A DNA stretch of 53,267 nt, counting the filler, from Jimgerdemannia flammicorona (Eukaryota): the NCBI GenBank assembly GCA_003990765.1. It is 2 parts of 2 records of this genome, joined end to end, with 100 filler letters (N's around TTAATTAATTAA, not from the genome) between each part and the next. Parts side by side here need not be neighbours in the genome. Positions count along the whole stretch, not along the records: positions 26,691 to 53,267 come from RBNJ01000717.1; 1 more part is not named here. One strand, 5' to 3'. Positions 26,691 through 39,100 of the stretch are shown here, piece after piece (position 1 is the stretch's first letter; every line of letters starts with the position of its first letter). The position numbers and the translations under genes are program-made. Under the pieces are notes generated by a model that was not told the origin of the DNA, ran no database searches, and saw only the letters and a list, made by a program, of their open reading frames with translations.

Positions 26691-29339
26691 AAAAAAAAAA
26701 AAAAAAAAAAAAAAAAAAGAAGATATCTTAGTCAAAGTCCTATAAGGACTCCTTCAAGGATAAGAAAGATCTGAAGAAAGAAGGCCAGCCAAAAAAGGGA
26801 AGAAGGACAGGAGTGAAATTCAAGACCTTAGTTCTAAATTTGACTGATTGGTTGGGCAGATTGAAAAACTCACTATATGTGAAAATTGGAGTTATCAAGA
26901 CAACAGAGAATACCCTCCACAAAGAAGCCAAGGTCACTTACCAAGAGATAATAGGAGGAAAGAAGGTACTCTGTCCAATACAGAGCCTAAGTTCAATACT
27001 TCTACTGTGGACAATTCAGACACTATGTCACTGAATGTAACAATAAAAGAAGTGACCAAAGGGACTTAGAACCACCAAACTGAAGGAATGATACTCAGTA
27101 CAAGAAGACTGAAGTTCATCCTGTTGAAGATTTCGAAGAAGCAAGTAACAGTGAAGACTACAATGATCTAGACTTATATCCTACTAAGGTTATTATCCAG
27201 AAAACAGTCTACCCAGCAGAAAAAAGGAAGAGACCTATTGGAAGGCCATCTAGGAATATCAGCAGAAGAATCATCCAAGAAGAAGACAAAGAACATGAGG
27301 AAGAGCAGGTAGAAATATCTCTCCAGACTCCCTCACCTTTTGTCTCCAAGACAAATAAGTTGCCACCAGAGGATGAAGAAATAGAACAAGAGGAATGTGA
27401 ACCTATTGCTCCAAAGCCCAAAAAGAAGTATATCCCAAAGACCATACCTAGAGATATCTATAATGAAGCCTGGCAGAAGATTCAAGAAGCCAAGATAGAG
27501 GTCCTCCTTTTGCAGTTCCTGCAACTAATACTAGCTGAAGTTTGAAACAAATTTCTGAGGACCACCAGGTCTAGTACCAGCCAAGTTCTCATCCCACAGC
27601 AAGAGCCAGCCCCCACACCTATCCAGGCTGCAGAGAGATATGTCAGCACCTACTTACATAGAGACATTGGAGGACAAAAGGTAAAAATTCTCATAGACAT
27701 AGGAGTAGCTATCTGTATCATTGCCAAATAGTTCCTAGATACCCTCCAATGGCCCATTGATAGACCATCCAACCTCAGCATCATAGTAGCAGATGGAGCC
27801 CAAACTCAACCCCTTGGAGAAGTATGGAATATCACTATTTCCCTTGGACACATTCAGTTCTCCATCTCAAAAGCTGTTGTCACCAAAGCTGTCACCTATG
27901 ACATAATTCTTGATATCAATTAGATGAAGGAAATGAATGCAGTTGTTGATATCAGTCAACAAGTACTCAAGTTTGACTACCAAGACAAGAAGTATAGAGT
28001 TAAGGTGACCAGCTATGAGCAATCAAAGAAGAAGAAGAAGATCACTCTCCAGGAAGAATATATCAGCAGTGAAGTGTCTACTATAGAGGAAGAAGAAGAA
28101 TCTGAAGATAGAAATAACCCCAGACTCAATCCCAGAATTAACCTAGTGGATGACAGACCAGAAGACAATATATGGGCCAAGAACACTGTCCCCATTACTA
28201 TTGGAGTCATTGCAGGAGAAATCAAAGAATGCCCTACCTGCCTCAAGAGACACAAGTGCCCTGAACACTCCTCCAAGATCATTGGGACAAGGAATTCGCC
28301 TGGCACAGTCTGCCCAGAGTGCAGAAAGAAGAAGAAGAAATGCAGACATGTTCTAGAAACATCTGCAGCTGAAGCTGCAGAAGTATAAGCAATTTGGGGC
28401 CAAGAATCATCTGAGGAAGAAGAAGTTCCTGATCAAGAAGTTCCTGAACAAGAAGTATCTGAAGAAGAGGTCCCCAAACTCATTCCCTGGGATGACTCTC
28501 ACTGGATACTACTCAAAGATGATGACCCTTGGAATATGGAAGAAGGACCCAACACAATCTCCATTATTCATAAGAAAGAAACTCACCAAGAGAAGGCATT
28601 CTGGCTAGGAAGATATCTACACCAAATGGTCTTCTACTCCCCCTGAGACTATTGCTATCAGTGTCATCTACTAGATCAGCAGGAGAGACAGAGACCCCAG
28701 AGACCAGAACCCCCAAATATAGTTACACATTGAACTACCTTCTAAGAAGTTTCCACTAAGTTGTAAAGTCAATTCAAAGAACAAGGCCTCTTCACCCAAA
28801 CAGAAGTATACTCTTTGTTTACTCTTCCCCCAACTTATAATCAAGATGGATACCAATTCACAAGATAATAAGAAATTAACAACTAGGAGCATCATTTCAG
28901 AGCAATGGGATATTATGTATAATCATAGAAGACACCCAGACTGCCAAGACTGCAGATATTAGAATATTCACCTCAGTCATGATATTGCAATCCACACTTT
29001 GAAGAGAGGAGATAACAGAGGTCAGATCTGAAGAAGCCAGATCAAGAAGCCAGAAAGAAGGACTCTTAAGATCTATAATTTAGAAGAAGATATCCTAGCT
29101 CTTATCAGACATGCAACTTGCCAAGAATAGATAGAAGATGCCACCAACTTCATGGAAGCCCTAGATCCACAGAAAGAAGAGGAATCAACTATCTCTAAGA
29201 CCCCTCTACTGGAGCCAGATAGCTACACCTCAACCTCAGAGTCTGGAGGCTCTCTACTAGTAGAGCTTTAGCCCTAGGACAGCCCAAACTCAGCAAGAAC
29301 ATTGCCCAGTATGCCCTGTTACATCCAAAGACCAAACCC

Positions 29340-29710
29340 CCAACCAAAGCTCACCCAGAAGATATATGATATAATCTTCACAGCCTAGAGGATGAATCTA
29401 TCAAGCCTGGAAAAACATTCATGATCAGAACCAGACTAGTCATATAGCCACCCCAAGGAGCTTACATCTAACTGATCTCAAGGTCTGGACTTACCAGACA
29501 GGGAATAACTATAGAAGAAGGAACTATTGACCTAGGATATATAGGTGAAAATAAGGTCATTCCACACAACAGTAGTACAGAATAGCACTGAATCATTAGA
29601 AGACAGAAGATTGTCCAAGCAGTCTTCATGAAGGTCAAGACCCCATAATTACAAGAAGTCTTCAAACTGAATGAAGGAACAAGACAAGCCAAAGGATTTG
29701 GAAGTTCAGA
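29340..29710 (+). pseudogene. dUTPase domain of Gypsy A, between protease and RT
   Basis: Translation *YNL ... SRSGL ... GTIDLGYIGENKV ... QKIVQ ... RQAKGFGSS corresponds to the five trimeric dUTPase motifs. Confidence 0.9.
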
Positions 29711-32492
29711 TAAGAAGGAGGTACATCTTCTTCAAGTCAACCATCTCAAGAGGAATGTCCTCCAGCAAGTATACTGCCAATAAGCCAAACTGCACAAGAA
29801 TATCATCCTGGAGCCTAGAGAACAAACCACCTTCGAAATCTTTGCACCACCCAACCCCAGAAATTTTTTCTTTGAACCCAATGAAGATATCTCACACCTG
29901 GACATAGAAGGACACGTATTCCCCAACAAGATGAATCCAGTATATTCTCGAGTAACCAACTGAAGTTGGGAAACCATCATCTTGCCAAAAGGAACTATCA
30001 TAGGGCATCTGGTGCCTTTTCTCAGCCAAACTTATAGAGAAGTTTATGAACTAAACTTATCAAGAAATGGCAAAAGGTTCCAGAAGAAAGGAAAGGCCCC
30101 TCTGTGACCCAGGAGATAGTAAAGCCTTTCACCAATATTGAAGAAGAATTGACACCCCAACAATAGCAACAACTAGTAGAACTTCCCAACAAATATCAAG
30201 ATATCTTCACTACTAATTATGGCAACCTGCCATACAATCTATCATATTACCACAGCATAAATATACAAAATGCAACACCCATCCAGCAGAAACTCTATAG
30301 AATACCCCATTACTTGAAAACATTTGAAAAAGAGCACATTCAAGAACTCTTAGACAATGGAGTTATCTGACCCTCTACCAGCCCCTGGGCCAGCCCTATA
30401 CTTATTATACCAAAGAAAAGAAGATGGAGACTCTGTATAGATTACAGAAAACTCAACTCAGTCACTGAAAAGAATGTCTATTCTTTGTTCAGAATTGATA
30501 ATCTTTTGGATCAGTTATAAGATACCAGATACTTCAGCAGTATGGACCTTTTCACAGGATTCCATAAGATCTCCATAGACCCCAAAGACATTCAAAAGAC
30601 AGCCTTTCTTACTCTAGAAAAACTGTTTAAATATCTCTGAATACTCTTTGGACTTTGCAATACACCCCCCACCTTTCAGAGAATGATGAATTCAGTCTAT
30701 ACCCCCTTGATCCATCACTACCTGATTGTATATATAGACAATTTTAATATCTATTCAGTAAATTTTGAAGAACACCTGTACTACCTAGAGGAATTCTTCA
30801 AGCTCACCTGCAAGAACTACCTGAGACTCAATGTAAAGAAATACTATTTCAGAAAACAGAAACTTGAATTCCTTGGATTTATAGTTTTGAAAGAAGGAAC
30901 TCATACAGATTTAAAGAAAACTGAGAAGATTAACAACTGGTCAGTATCCAAGACCCTGAAGGAAACACTATCATTTCTGATACTAGTATCCTACTATAGA
31001 AGATTTATTAAGAACTTCACCCAAATCACTACCCCAATCTGAGTCCTTCTCAAGAAAGAAGTACCTTATAAATAGACAGAATTACAAGAAAAAGCCTTCA
31101 AAGAACTCAAGAACCACATGACCACAGCACCAATCTTTGTGTGCCCCAATCTATAGAAGCTATTTATCTTGTACACAGATGCTTCTAAAGATGGCCTAGG
31201 AGCAGTTTTAGCCCAAGAAAAATCTGACCAACAGTACTATATAATAGCTTATGCAAGCTGAGCTAATTAGCAGCAGATGAACTATAGTAGCACCAAACTG
31301 GAATGTCTTGCAGTCATATGAGCAGTCACTCTGTTCAAGTATTACCTCATCAGAAAAAGATTCAACCTGATCACAGACCATATAGTCCTCAAATAACTAT
31401 TCAACTGCAAGAAACCTACCAGAATCCTAGTTTGCTGGATCCTTATTCTTCAGGATTACAAAATAACCATTATCTACAAAGTAGGGAAAGCTTACAACAA
31501 TATTGATATACTTTCCCACCAGCCCCAATAAATCAGAAAAAGGATGTTCTGAGGAACTACACCCTAAAGGAAACTCCTCAGACCATTAAGACACAAGAAG
31601 ATCTCATCTGAAAAGAACATCAAAAAGCCCATCAAGGATAAGTAAACATAGAAAAAAAGTTGTGAACAACATACCAACATTGGCCCAATCTCAGAATACA
31701 AGTCTGTAACATACTCAAGAAACGTGACACCTGCCAGAAGTACCAAGGAAGGAAGAATTATCAAGCACCATTGCAACCAATTGTACCACTAGACAACATC
31801 TTTCAGAGATAGAGAGTAGATATAATTGGACTCCTACCCATTACACCAAGAAGAAATAAATATATTCTTATATTTATGGAATATCTAACAAAGTGGCCTG
31901 AGGCTTTCCCAATAGAAATCACAGATGTTTTAACCATTGTAAGCCTTCTCCATAGACTCACACTCAGATATGGACTCCCAGAAGAACTTATCTCCAACTA
32001 AGGCACAGAATTCATCAATAACATAATCACAAGTTATACCCAAATTTATAAGATCCACCTCAAACAGACTATATAATATTACCCTCAGACCAATGATATG
32101 ACAGAAAAAATGAACCAAACTATCAAGAAAGGACTTGCCTGAATCAATCCTACCAACTGAGATCTCTGCTTATCTGAGATTCTATGGGAAATTCAGAACA
32201 CCCCTGCTATCTCTATAAAATAAAAGCCATTCAAAATGATATTTGCCAAGAAAACCAGAACTGCTGACTATGAGAATCTTGGAGACTTCCTCAAGAAGGC
32301 AGAACAGTTACATAATCAGGCCCAAGTTCAGATTACCAAGCCCAAGAAAGACAAAAGAAGTACTATGACCAGAAACAGAAGGATCAGAAGATCAAGATTG
32401 GAGATCAAGTACTAGTTTGAAGAAGCATGATTGAAACAAACTTTGCTGCCAAATTGGAGCCCAAATGGGAAGGATCTTATCTTGTATATAAC

Positions 32493-32928
32493 TAGTACTC
32501 TCAAATGAGTTGAATCAATTCGAATTGAATCAAATTGAGGGTTATATGAGTCAAATCAAATTGGGGATTTTTCAATTTGAATCAATTCGAATTAAATCAA
32601 AAGTTGAATTAAATTGAGGGTCTGATTTGAACCCTAATTTTCAAAATGCAATAACTCAGTGTAAACACATCCAAATCTAACATACTTTAGCTTGTTAGAA
32701 TCACATTAATACGATGAATCTAACAAGCTGAAATATGTTAAATTTAGATGAGTTTTCATTGAGTTATTATATTTTTAAAATTAAGGTTGGAATTGAACTT
32801 CGAATTGAACTTCGAATCGAATTGGACCTTTGATTCGATTCAAATAAAATTGAATTGGACCCTTGATTCAATCGAATCAAATCAAGTTTGGGCCAAATTT
32901 GATTCGATTTGATTCATTGGGAGTACTA
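32493..32928. mobile_element. hAT-type foldback MITE, long copy, inserted in the Gypsy A integrase
   Basis: TIRs TAGTACTCTCAAATGA ... TCATTGGGAGTACTA. Perfect 8-bp TSD TATATAAC at 32485-32492 and 32929-32936. Removing it restores integrase EGSYLVYN-IRGISIYLR. Confidence 0.95.
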
Positions 32929-33033
32929 TATATAACATTAGAGGAATTAGTATCTATTTAAGAAATATGGATAGATGAACCCTGAGGACACTAGTATACA
33001 TCAATCACCCCAAGATATACCTTTTCCCATATC

Positions 33034-33546
33034 ATGAATCAGAGAGTTGACAACTACCTTCAGACTCTTGTCCTTAGCTCATTTTAATCACTGCCAGTTC
33101 TTCTATCTCAATTCTAAGAAGTCAATAGAAACACTCTCCAGAAGATCCAGATTTATCAAGAGAATCTTGTCCTGGTCAGACAATTGTTACAGGTCCATCA
33201 ACTTTAGGCCCATTATGCAATTGGAGAATAATTGCAGAACCTCTTAGTTCCCAAACAAATATATATCAGAAATACCACAGGACTACTAAGGAGAGATGTC
33301 ACTGCTGTAGACAGACTCTATACTCTTTATAAATGAAACTCTGCAGCCCTGATACAAGTACAATTCCCCTAGTATAATACATAAGAAATGAATCTAGCCA
33401 CCTATCTCAGCATCATCAATGGTCAAAATCCTATTCCCAGAAGAAGAAGAAGAACTCTTGAAATAGAGCAACTATGGTACAGATAACAAAGATGATAAAA
33501 CAGGTATTGATGCAGAAGATGCTTATCCACACTGAGATGATGACTA
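33034..33546 (+). pseudogene. Putative extra ORF (ORF3) after the Gypsy A integrase
   Basis: The ATG overlaps the pol end (stop 33048-33050). The frame reads MNQRVDNYLQTL...QL*AHYAIGE*LQNLL...VDRLYTLYK, with stops explicable as C>T changes. The 3' end is uncertain. Confidence 0.5.
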
Positions 33547-33587
33547 AAGAACAGTCTGAGGACAGACTATCTTTTAGTGAGGACTGA

Positions 33588-34987
33588 TATGATAAACCAA
33601 AACATATCATCTGAATTATAACTTAGTCAAATAATGTAAACAATTAGTAACTTAGCCAGATGACATAAACAATTAGTAACTTAGTCAGATGACATGAAAA
33701 TATAGTATAGTAATCAGACACAGCAACCATTATTGTAGAAAACTGTATAAATAGCCAGACTACTAGATAAGGTATATCTGTACAGGATCTGCACACTTGT
33801 GCCAGACCTGTATACTTATGCTGGACCTGTACAACTTGCCATAAATAGCAAATCTATAGTTAGCTACATAGCAACCAGTTAGCAACCACAATGTATAAAA
33901 TACTCCAAAGACAAGAGTGAATAAACCTTAGTTCCAAAATATAAAGCAAAAGACAAGTCTGCCTACTACACTTTAAGAGATATGCCTGCCCAAAGCCACT
34001 TGATCCAGGAAGGATTGCAATACTTCAGAGAAATGTCTGCTCTATAGCCACTACTAGGGATTGTGATCTTTATCCCTTTCCCACTCTAGTTCACTTTCTG
34101 ATACAAAGCCTTAGTTCACTTGCCAGATAAGTCTGAAGTTTGTCACCAAGTTTAAGGAAGAACTTTATCACCTTTGAAGAGAAGTCTGCTGCTTAAGGAA
34201 TAAGCCACTATGTTTTTGGTTCACTTGTCAGATAAGTCTGAAGAGAAACCTGCATTCTCAGAGAAGCTCTATTCTTGCCACAAGTCAGTCTGTTGATACA
34301 ACTTCACAGTAGAGCCAGTCTGCCAATGTAACTCTGTGCAAATAAAGTCAGTCTTGATGTAACTTACTAAGAACCTGAGCTATTATTCCTAGAGAACTGC
34401 TAATTCAGGAAGAATCTGCACCATCCAAGTTATTAATTGTTCCCAGTAAGCCTGATTTAGAGAATCTGCTACCAGTACAATTCCCAGTGAGAAGAATCTA
34501 TATCATCTTTTATTCTCAAACTGCTGATTCAGGAGAATCCATGCCAAACTGAGTCATCTACCAAAACTACATAAGGAAACTGTCAATTACCAGATCACTT
34601 CATATAAGAAAACCCACCATACCATACAAGAGATCATCATACTACATGAGATCATCATGCCAGAAATCATATACTTTTGAAGATTGTCTCGCTACATATG
34701 AAATTCTACCAATTTCCAGTTGACCCAAGAAGGAAATCCATTCACACACAAATCGCCACTACACCCAGAGAACCATCCCAATAAGGAAATCTACATAAAT
34801 CGACCACCACATGAACAGAGGAACTACTACTGTATCCAGATTGACTATTATACCACTAAACACCAAGGACCTCAGGAATCTTAGAATATTTTGTTGCTTT
34901 TTGACAAAGTAACTGGGGGCTCAAGCCAAACTACACCAACCCCCCCCCAACCTTGTAATTTGCCTCCATTGAGCCAGGCATGTTACA
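33588..34987 (+). repeat. 3' LTR of Gypsy A (about 1.4 kb)
   Basis: Follows a PPT-like GAGGACAGACTATCTTTTAGTGAGGACTGA and ends TGTTACA. Contains internal tandem repeats. Its terminus recurs at 26058-26195. The 5' boundary is inferred. Confidence 0.7.
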
Positions 34988-36108
34988 CTATATAGGCTAT
35001 TAAATACTATAATTATATCGAAAATTATATAGTTACTCTTAAGATCTAAGTACAGATCTCAGTAGAGTGAATTCGGTTACATGCATATCATAACTGTAAT
35101 TGATAATCTATAAATTTGAAATGTTAGTTTCTCAAGAAAGGATCAATTTTGAGATGAGATATGCACCACCTTGAGAAGAACAACATTTCAAATAGAGAAC
35201 TACAAAAAATCGTCGTTGAAGTCGTTAGACAGTTAGGGACGAAATTGTTTAACAACCAATGCCGAGTATGCCGGACGAATAATAGGTAAACAAGGTGACC
35301 CAAGCCATTGTCGGAATTGCGGGCGTGGAAAATAGAGGATGGGTTCAATAGGAACATCGCCGGAGATCATAGAACGCCCGGCGACAGGTTGCTCATCTCA
35401 ACTCACAATCGCCGAGATGCCTACACGAGCGGAAAAGAGATGTGAGTTCACTTTCTTCAGCTTCGGCGACATTACCTCTGCAAGGTGTTGTCATTAAGCA
35501 TTTTATGTGAATAGTTTCGGGGCTTGACAAGACAGACAAAGCTGTAACATTCATCTTAGATATTGGGTCATATAAAAATAGGCTGTAATTAAGCAGAAAA
35601 GACCAAGATAATTATGATGCCATGTCAAAGCTTGGTTTGCCTTTGCTCAGAAGTACAAAGACTAGATCAACAATGACTGAAAATGTATCATATTCTCTGA
35701 TGAGACTAAGATTAACTGCCTAGGATTATACAGATAGATATGGGTGTGAAAGAAGTCTAGTGAGGGACTTACTGATTGTCTAATGATGGTCATAAAATTT
35801 CTATCCATTATATTACATTTCCAATATTGGGATGCACTGATAAGTAGATAATAATTTATTTGAAATCATTTAAAATTCGCAATAGTTTACATAAACGGCC
35901 TTCTCGGCTGAAACTTTCGATTCCAAAAAACTATTCCACAGCAGCTTCCATTCGTCAAGGCTTCCAAAATAATTTTTCTGATCGATTGTTCGAAGATTTG
36001 CTGGGCGGAATCTGCGCCAAAGTAGTTTTACGCCTTCCAGAGAGTGATATCAGATTTAGCAGGACAAAAAAAATGGCCCATGAAATACATATCAACTTGG
36101 AACAAATA

Positions 36109-39100
36109 TTACCTGGCTTGCTTTGGTGCAGAAGGCACCACGCTTCTTAAAGTGGATTTTGTGTATAACCGACTGCGTGAACTTTCTACGAGCGTGGACC
36201 TCGACCCGGAGGCGATCGCGGCTTGTATTTTTTTAAGATGTGCCGAGGCTTCAGGGGTGATGTTCCGCCAATCTTCTGTTTCTATGCCTTCAAGATCACA
36301 CAACACCTTGTCGATGGTCGGGCGCATTTCGGGGTCAGGGTTCCAGCATCTCATATAGATATCAGAATATTCGGTCGGTGTTCCCGGGATGGGTTCTTCG
36401 CGCAATCCAAGGGCGGCAGCATCGGGAGGATTGATTGCATTTCCTCGAGGACAGAATCTTGCAGTAATTTGCCATAGAATTGTTCCAAGACAGTATATGT
36501 CAGATTTTTGTGTATAAGACACAATGATCTCCTTGAATGCTTCCGGTGGGAAATACTCAATCTGCCCGTAGATGTGACTACCATATTTTTGAAAGTGTTC
36601 GACAGTATTGCTTATACCAGCATCAATGATCATAGGGTTTAAATGGGTGGTATCTAAAAACACAATATTTCCGGGATGCAAGTCACCGTGGATCAAACCT
36701 GCTTTGTGAATCATTTGCAACCTGCGGGTGATCTCGGTAGCAATCTGCCACACTTTCAACCAGGAATTTAGTGGCGATATAGTGAGGAGTTGTGTAAGAT
36801 CACCACCAGTAGCGTATTTCATCACCAAAATGTAACAGCCAGTTGTATCATCCATCGATAATCCTATGACTGTGGGCACCGCTGCACTCTGGGAGTTATT
36901 GTGGATCTGAAGGTAGATGTTGACTAGTAGCTATTTGTAACAAGAAAAATGAATTATCATAAAAATTAATTGTAAACATTAAACTTTAAATTTGTAACAG
37001 AATAAGTGAAACCCACCTCATATCGCAGTTGATCTATTACAATGATACTCCGTTTCAATATCCTCAAAACAACAAACGTTTTCCGTTTCTGATTATCATA
37101 CACCATGGCTTTGTATACAGTTGCAAATTCACCTTCGCCCAACTTTTCTATCAATGTGAATTGGCGGTAAGGTATCCAAAATATGCAACCTGCAACCTCA
37201 ATCATTCGTAGCATTGCCAGGCACTGAAAGAGCTTATCCTCGTCACCGGGAAACTTGGATTTAAGCATTGACAGAATACCGGCATCAGATGTTTTAAGAA
37301 TAGCTTGAATCTGATCAAAAGTATAAGGGACCTTGGTGGAAAGATCATTTGGAGGAGGCGGCGAATAACTTGAAGCTGTCCATTAAAATGAGCAAAAATG
37401 TAAATATTGTAAACTGTATCCCTGAAACCATAGATAAACATAGTTCTAACATACCAACGCGGGTCGCGTTTCGATTCAAAGCATCACCAAGGAGGCGTGC
37501 GGTTTTGATAGTGATATTGTTCCCTACATATAAAAAGGGAGGGGTGAATGCACACGGACAAGCCATGAGTTGGAGGCCATCAGGTAGCTACAAAACCACA
37601 TCTCACAGTTTTAATATACCAATAATATGAAGCGTTTTCAGAGTCGTGTTCTGCATCAGAGATTCGGTCAGTGCCTGTGCTCCCTCATCGCTGATATTGG
37701 TGTCTAAGAAAGAATAACGGATGGATGAGCAAACACGCCTATGTTATGAGCAGTATCACGGAGTTCTATACAAAAATTCACACAGTTCTAACATACGATT
37801 GAGATTCAGCATAAATAGGGTCACATTTTTCTTCAAAGTTTCGGCCAATGCGCGTGCTCCCTCTGCACCGATGATATTAGCTGAATTCAAACAGAGAATA
37901 TATATTCAAGAGTAAGCAAGTTGAGATAAAATATATGAAATAGCTGCAAACAAGCATTCATACAGTCCAAACATACATTGAAGATTAAGCATCGTCAGGC
38001 TCGTGTTTTTCTTCAGAGATTCGGCCAGTACGCGGGCTCCCTCAACGCCAATATTGTTGTCTGAAGATAAAATAAGATGGGCGATATCCATTTCATGAGC
38101 TGGAACCTACCACGCAGTTGCATACTAAAAATTACACAGTTTAAACATACAGTTGAGATTCAGCATTGTTAAAGTTTTGCTCGATTTCAAAGAATTGGCT
38201 AGAGCGCGTACACCCACATCGCCGATTTTGTTGCCTAACGATTAATAGGAGATAGATGAGCCATAACCACAATGTCAGCTGGAACTCATTATGGAGCGGA
38301 AAATAATTATTCCCCCATTTATAACATACGATTGAGATTCAATATAGATAGGGTCTTGTTTTGCGTTAGAGATTCGGCCAGTGCGCATGCTCCATCTGCA
38401 CCAATATTATTGGCTCATGGCGAAAAAACAAATAAGCTGGTTGGGAGCTTTAACACAAGAAAGAGTTTCAAACAACTGTTCAATAGGTCAAACATACATT
38501 CAAGATTAAGCATGGTCAGGGTCGTGTTCTTCTTCAGAGAAACGGCGAGTGCGCGTGCTCCCTCAACACCAATGTCGTTGTCTGATGAATGAAGAAAATG
38601 CAAAAATTGTTAGCTGGCTTTCACCAACCAGCTGCAAAGAACAGCAATGTAGTTAAAACATACGAATGAGTTCCAACGTAGTCAGGATCCCGTTTTGCTT
38701 CAGCGACTCAGCCAGTGTTTGTGTTCCTATAGTACTGATCGTGTTAACTGAAATTGAAAACAAAGCGGTGAGCTAGAACTCATTAAGCAGCGGCAAGCCA
38801 CAGTTGACACAGCCCTAACGTACAATTAAGATTCAGTGTGGTCAATGTCGTGTTCTGCTTCAGAAGCTCAGCAAGTGCATATGCTCCCTGGACACCGATA
38901 TCTTTGGCTGAAGATGAATAAGAGATAGTGGATTAAACACGTATAAGCGGTGGGTTGGAATATATCACACAGCAGCAAACTACAGTTCACATACTTCTCA
39001 TACCTCTGAGATTCAGCGTGGTCAGGAACGTGTTGTTCTTCAAGGATTCGATCAATGCACGTGTTTTCTCGCCACTAGTTCTTTTATCTGAACACCACGT

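Larger units (their letters stand above)
26718..34987 (+). mobile_element. Ty3/Gypsy LTR retrotransposon A, 5'-truncated by the contig end: gag tail, PR, acidic/Cys-rich insert, dUTPase, RT, RNase H, IN, ORF3, PPT, 3' LTR
   Basis: Protease ILID(I)GVAICII at about 27690. [32 protein letters not shown](N). RNase H LYTDASKDGLGAVL, KLECLAV, LITDH. Integrase HHCC, VDIIGLLP, YLTKWPEAFP, KLEPKWEGSY. Many TAA/TAG/TGA stops. Confidence 0.95.

Noticed and set aside
26058..34987. Giant TIR element bounded by inverted LTR-end sequences
   Set aside because: The two ends lie on different contigs separated by an artificial linker.
37440..39087. Repeat-spacer periodicity resembling a CRISPR or cassette array
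   Set aside because: The spacers are GT-AG introns and the repeats are LRR exons.
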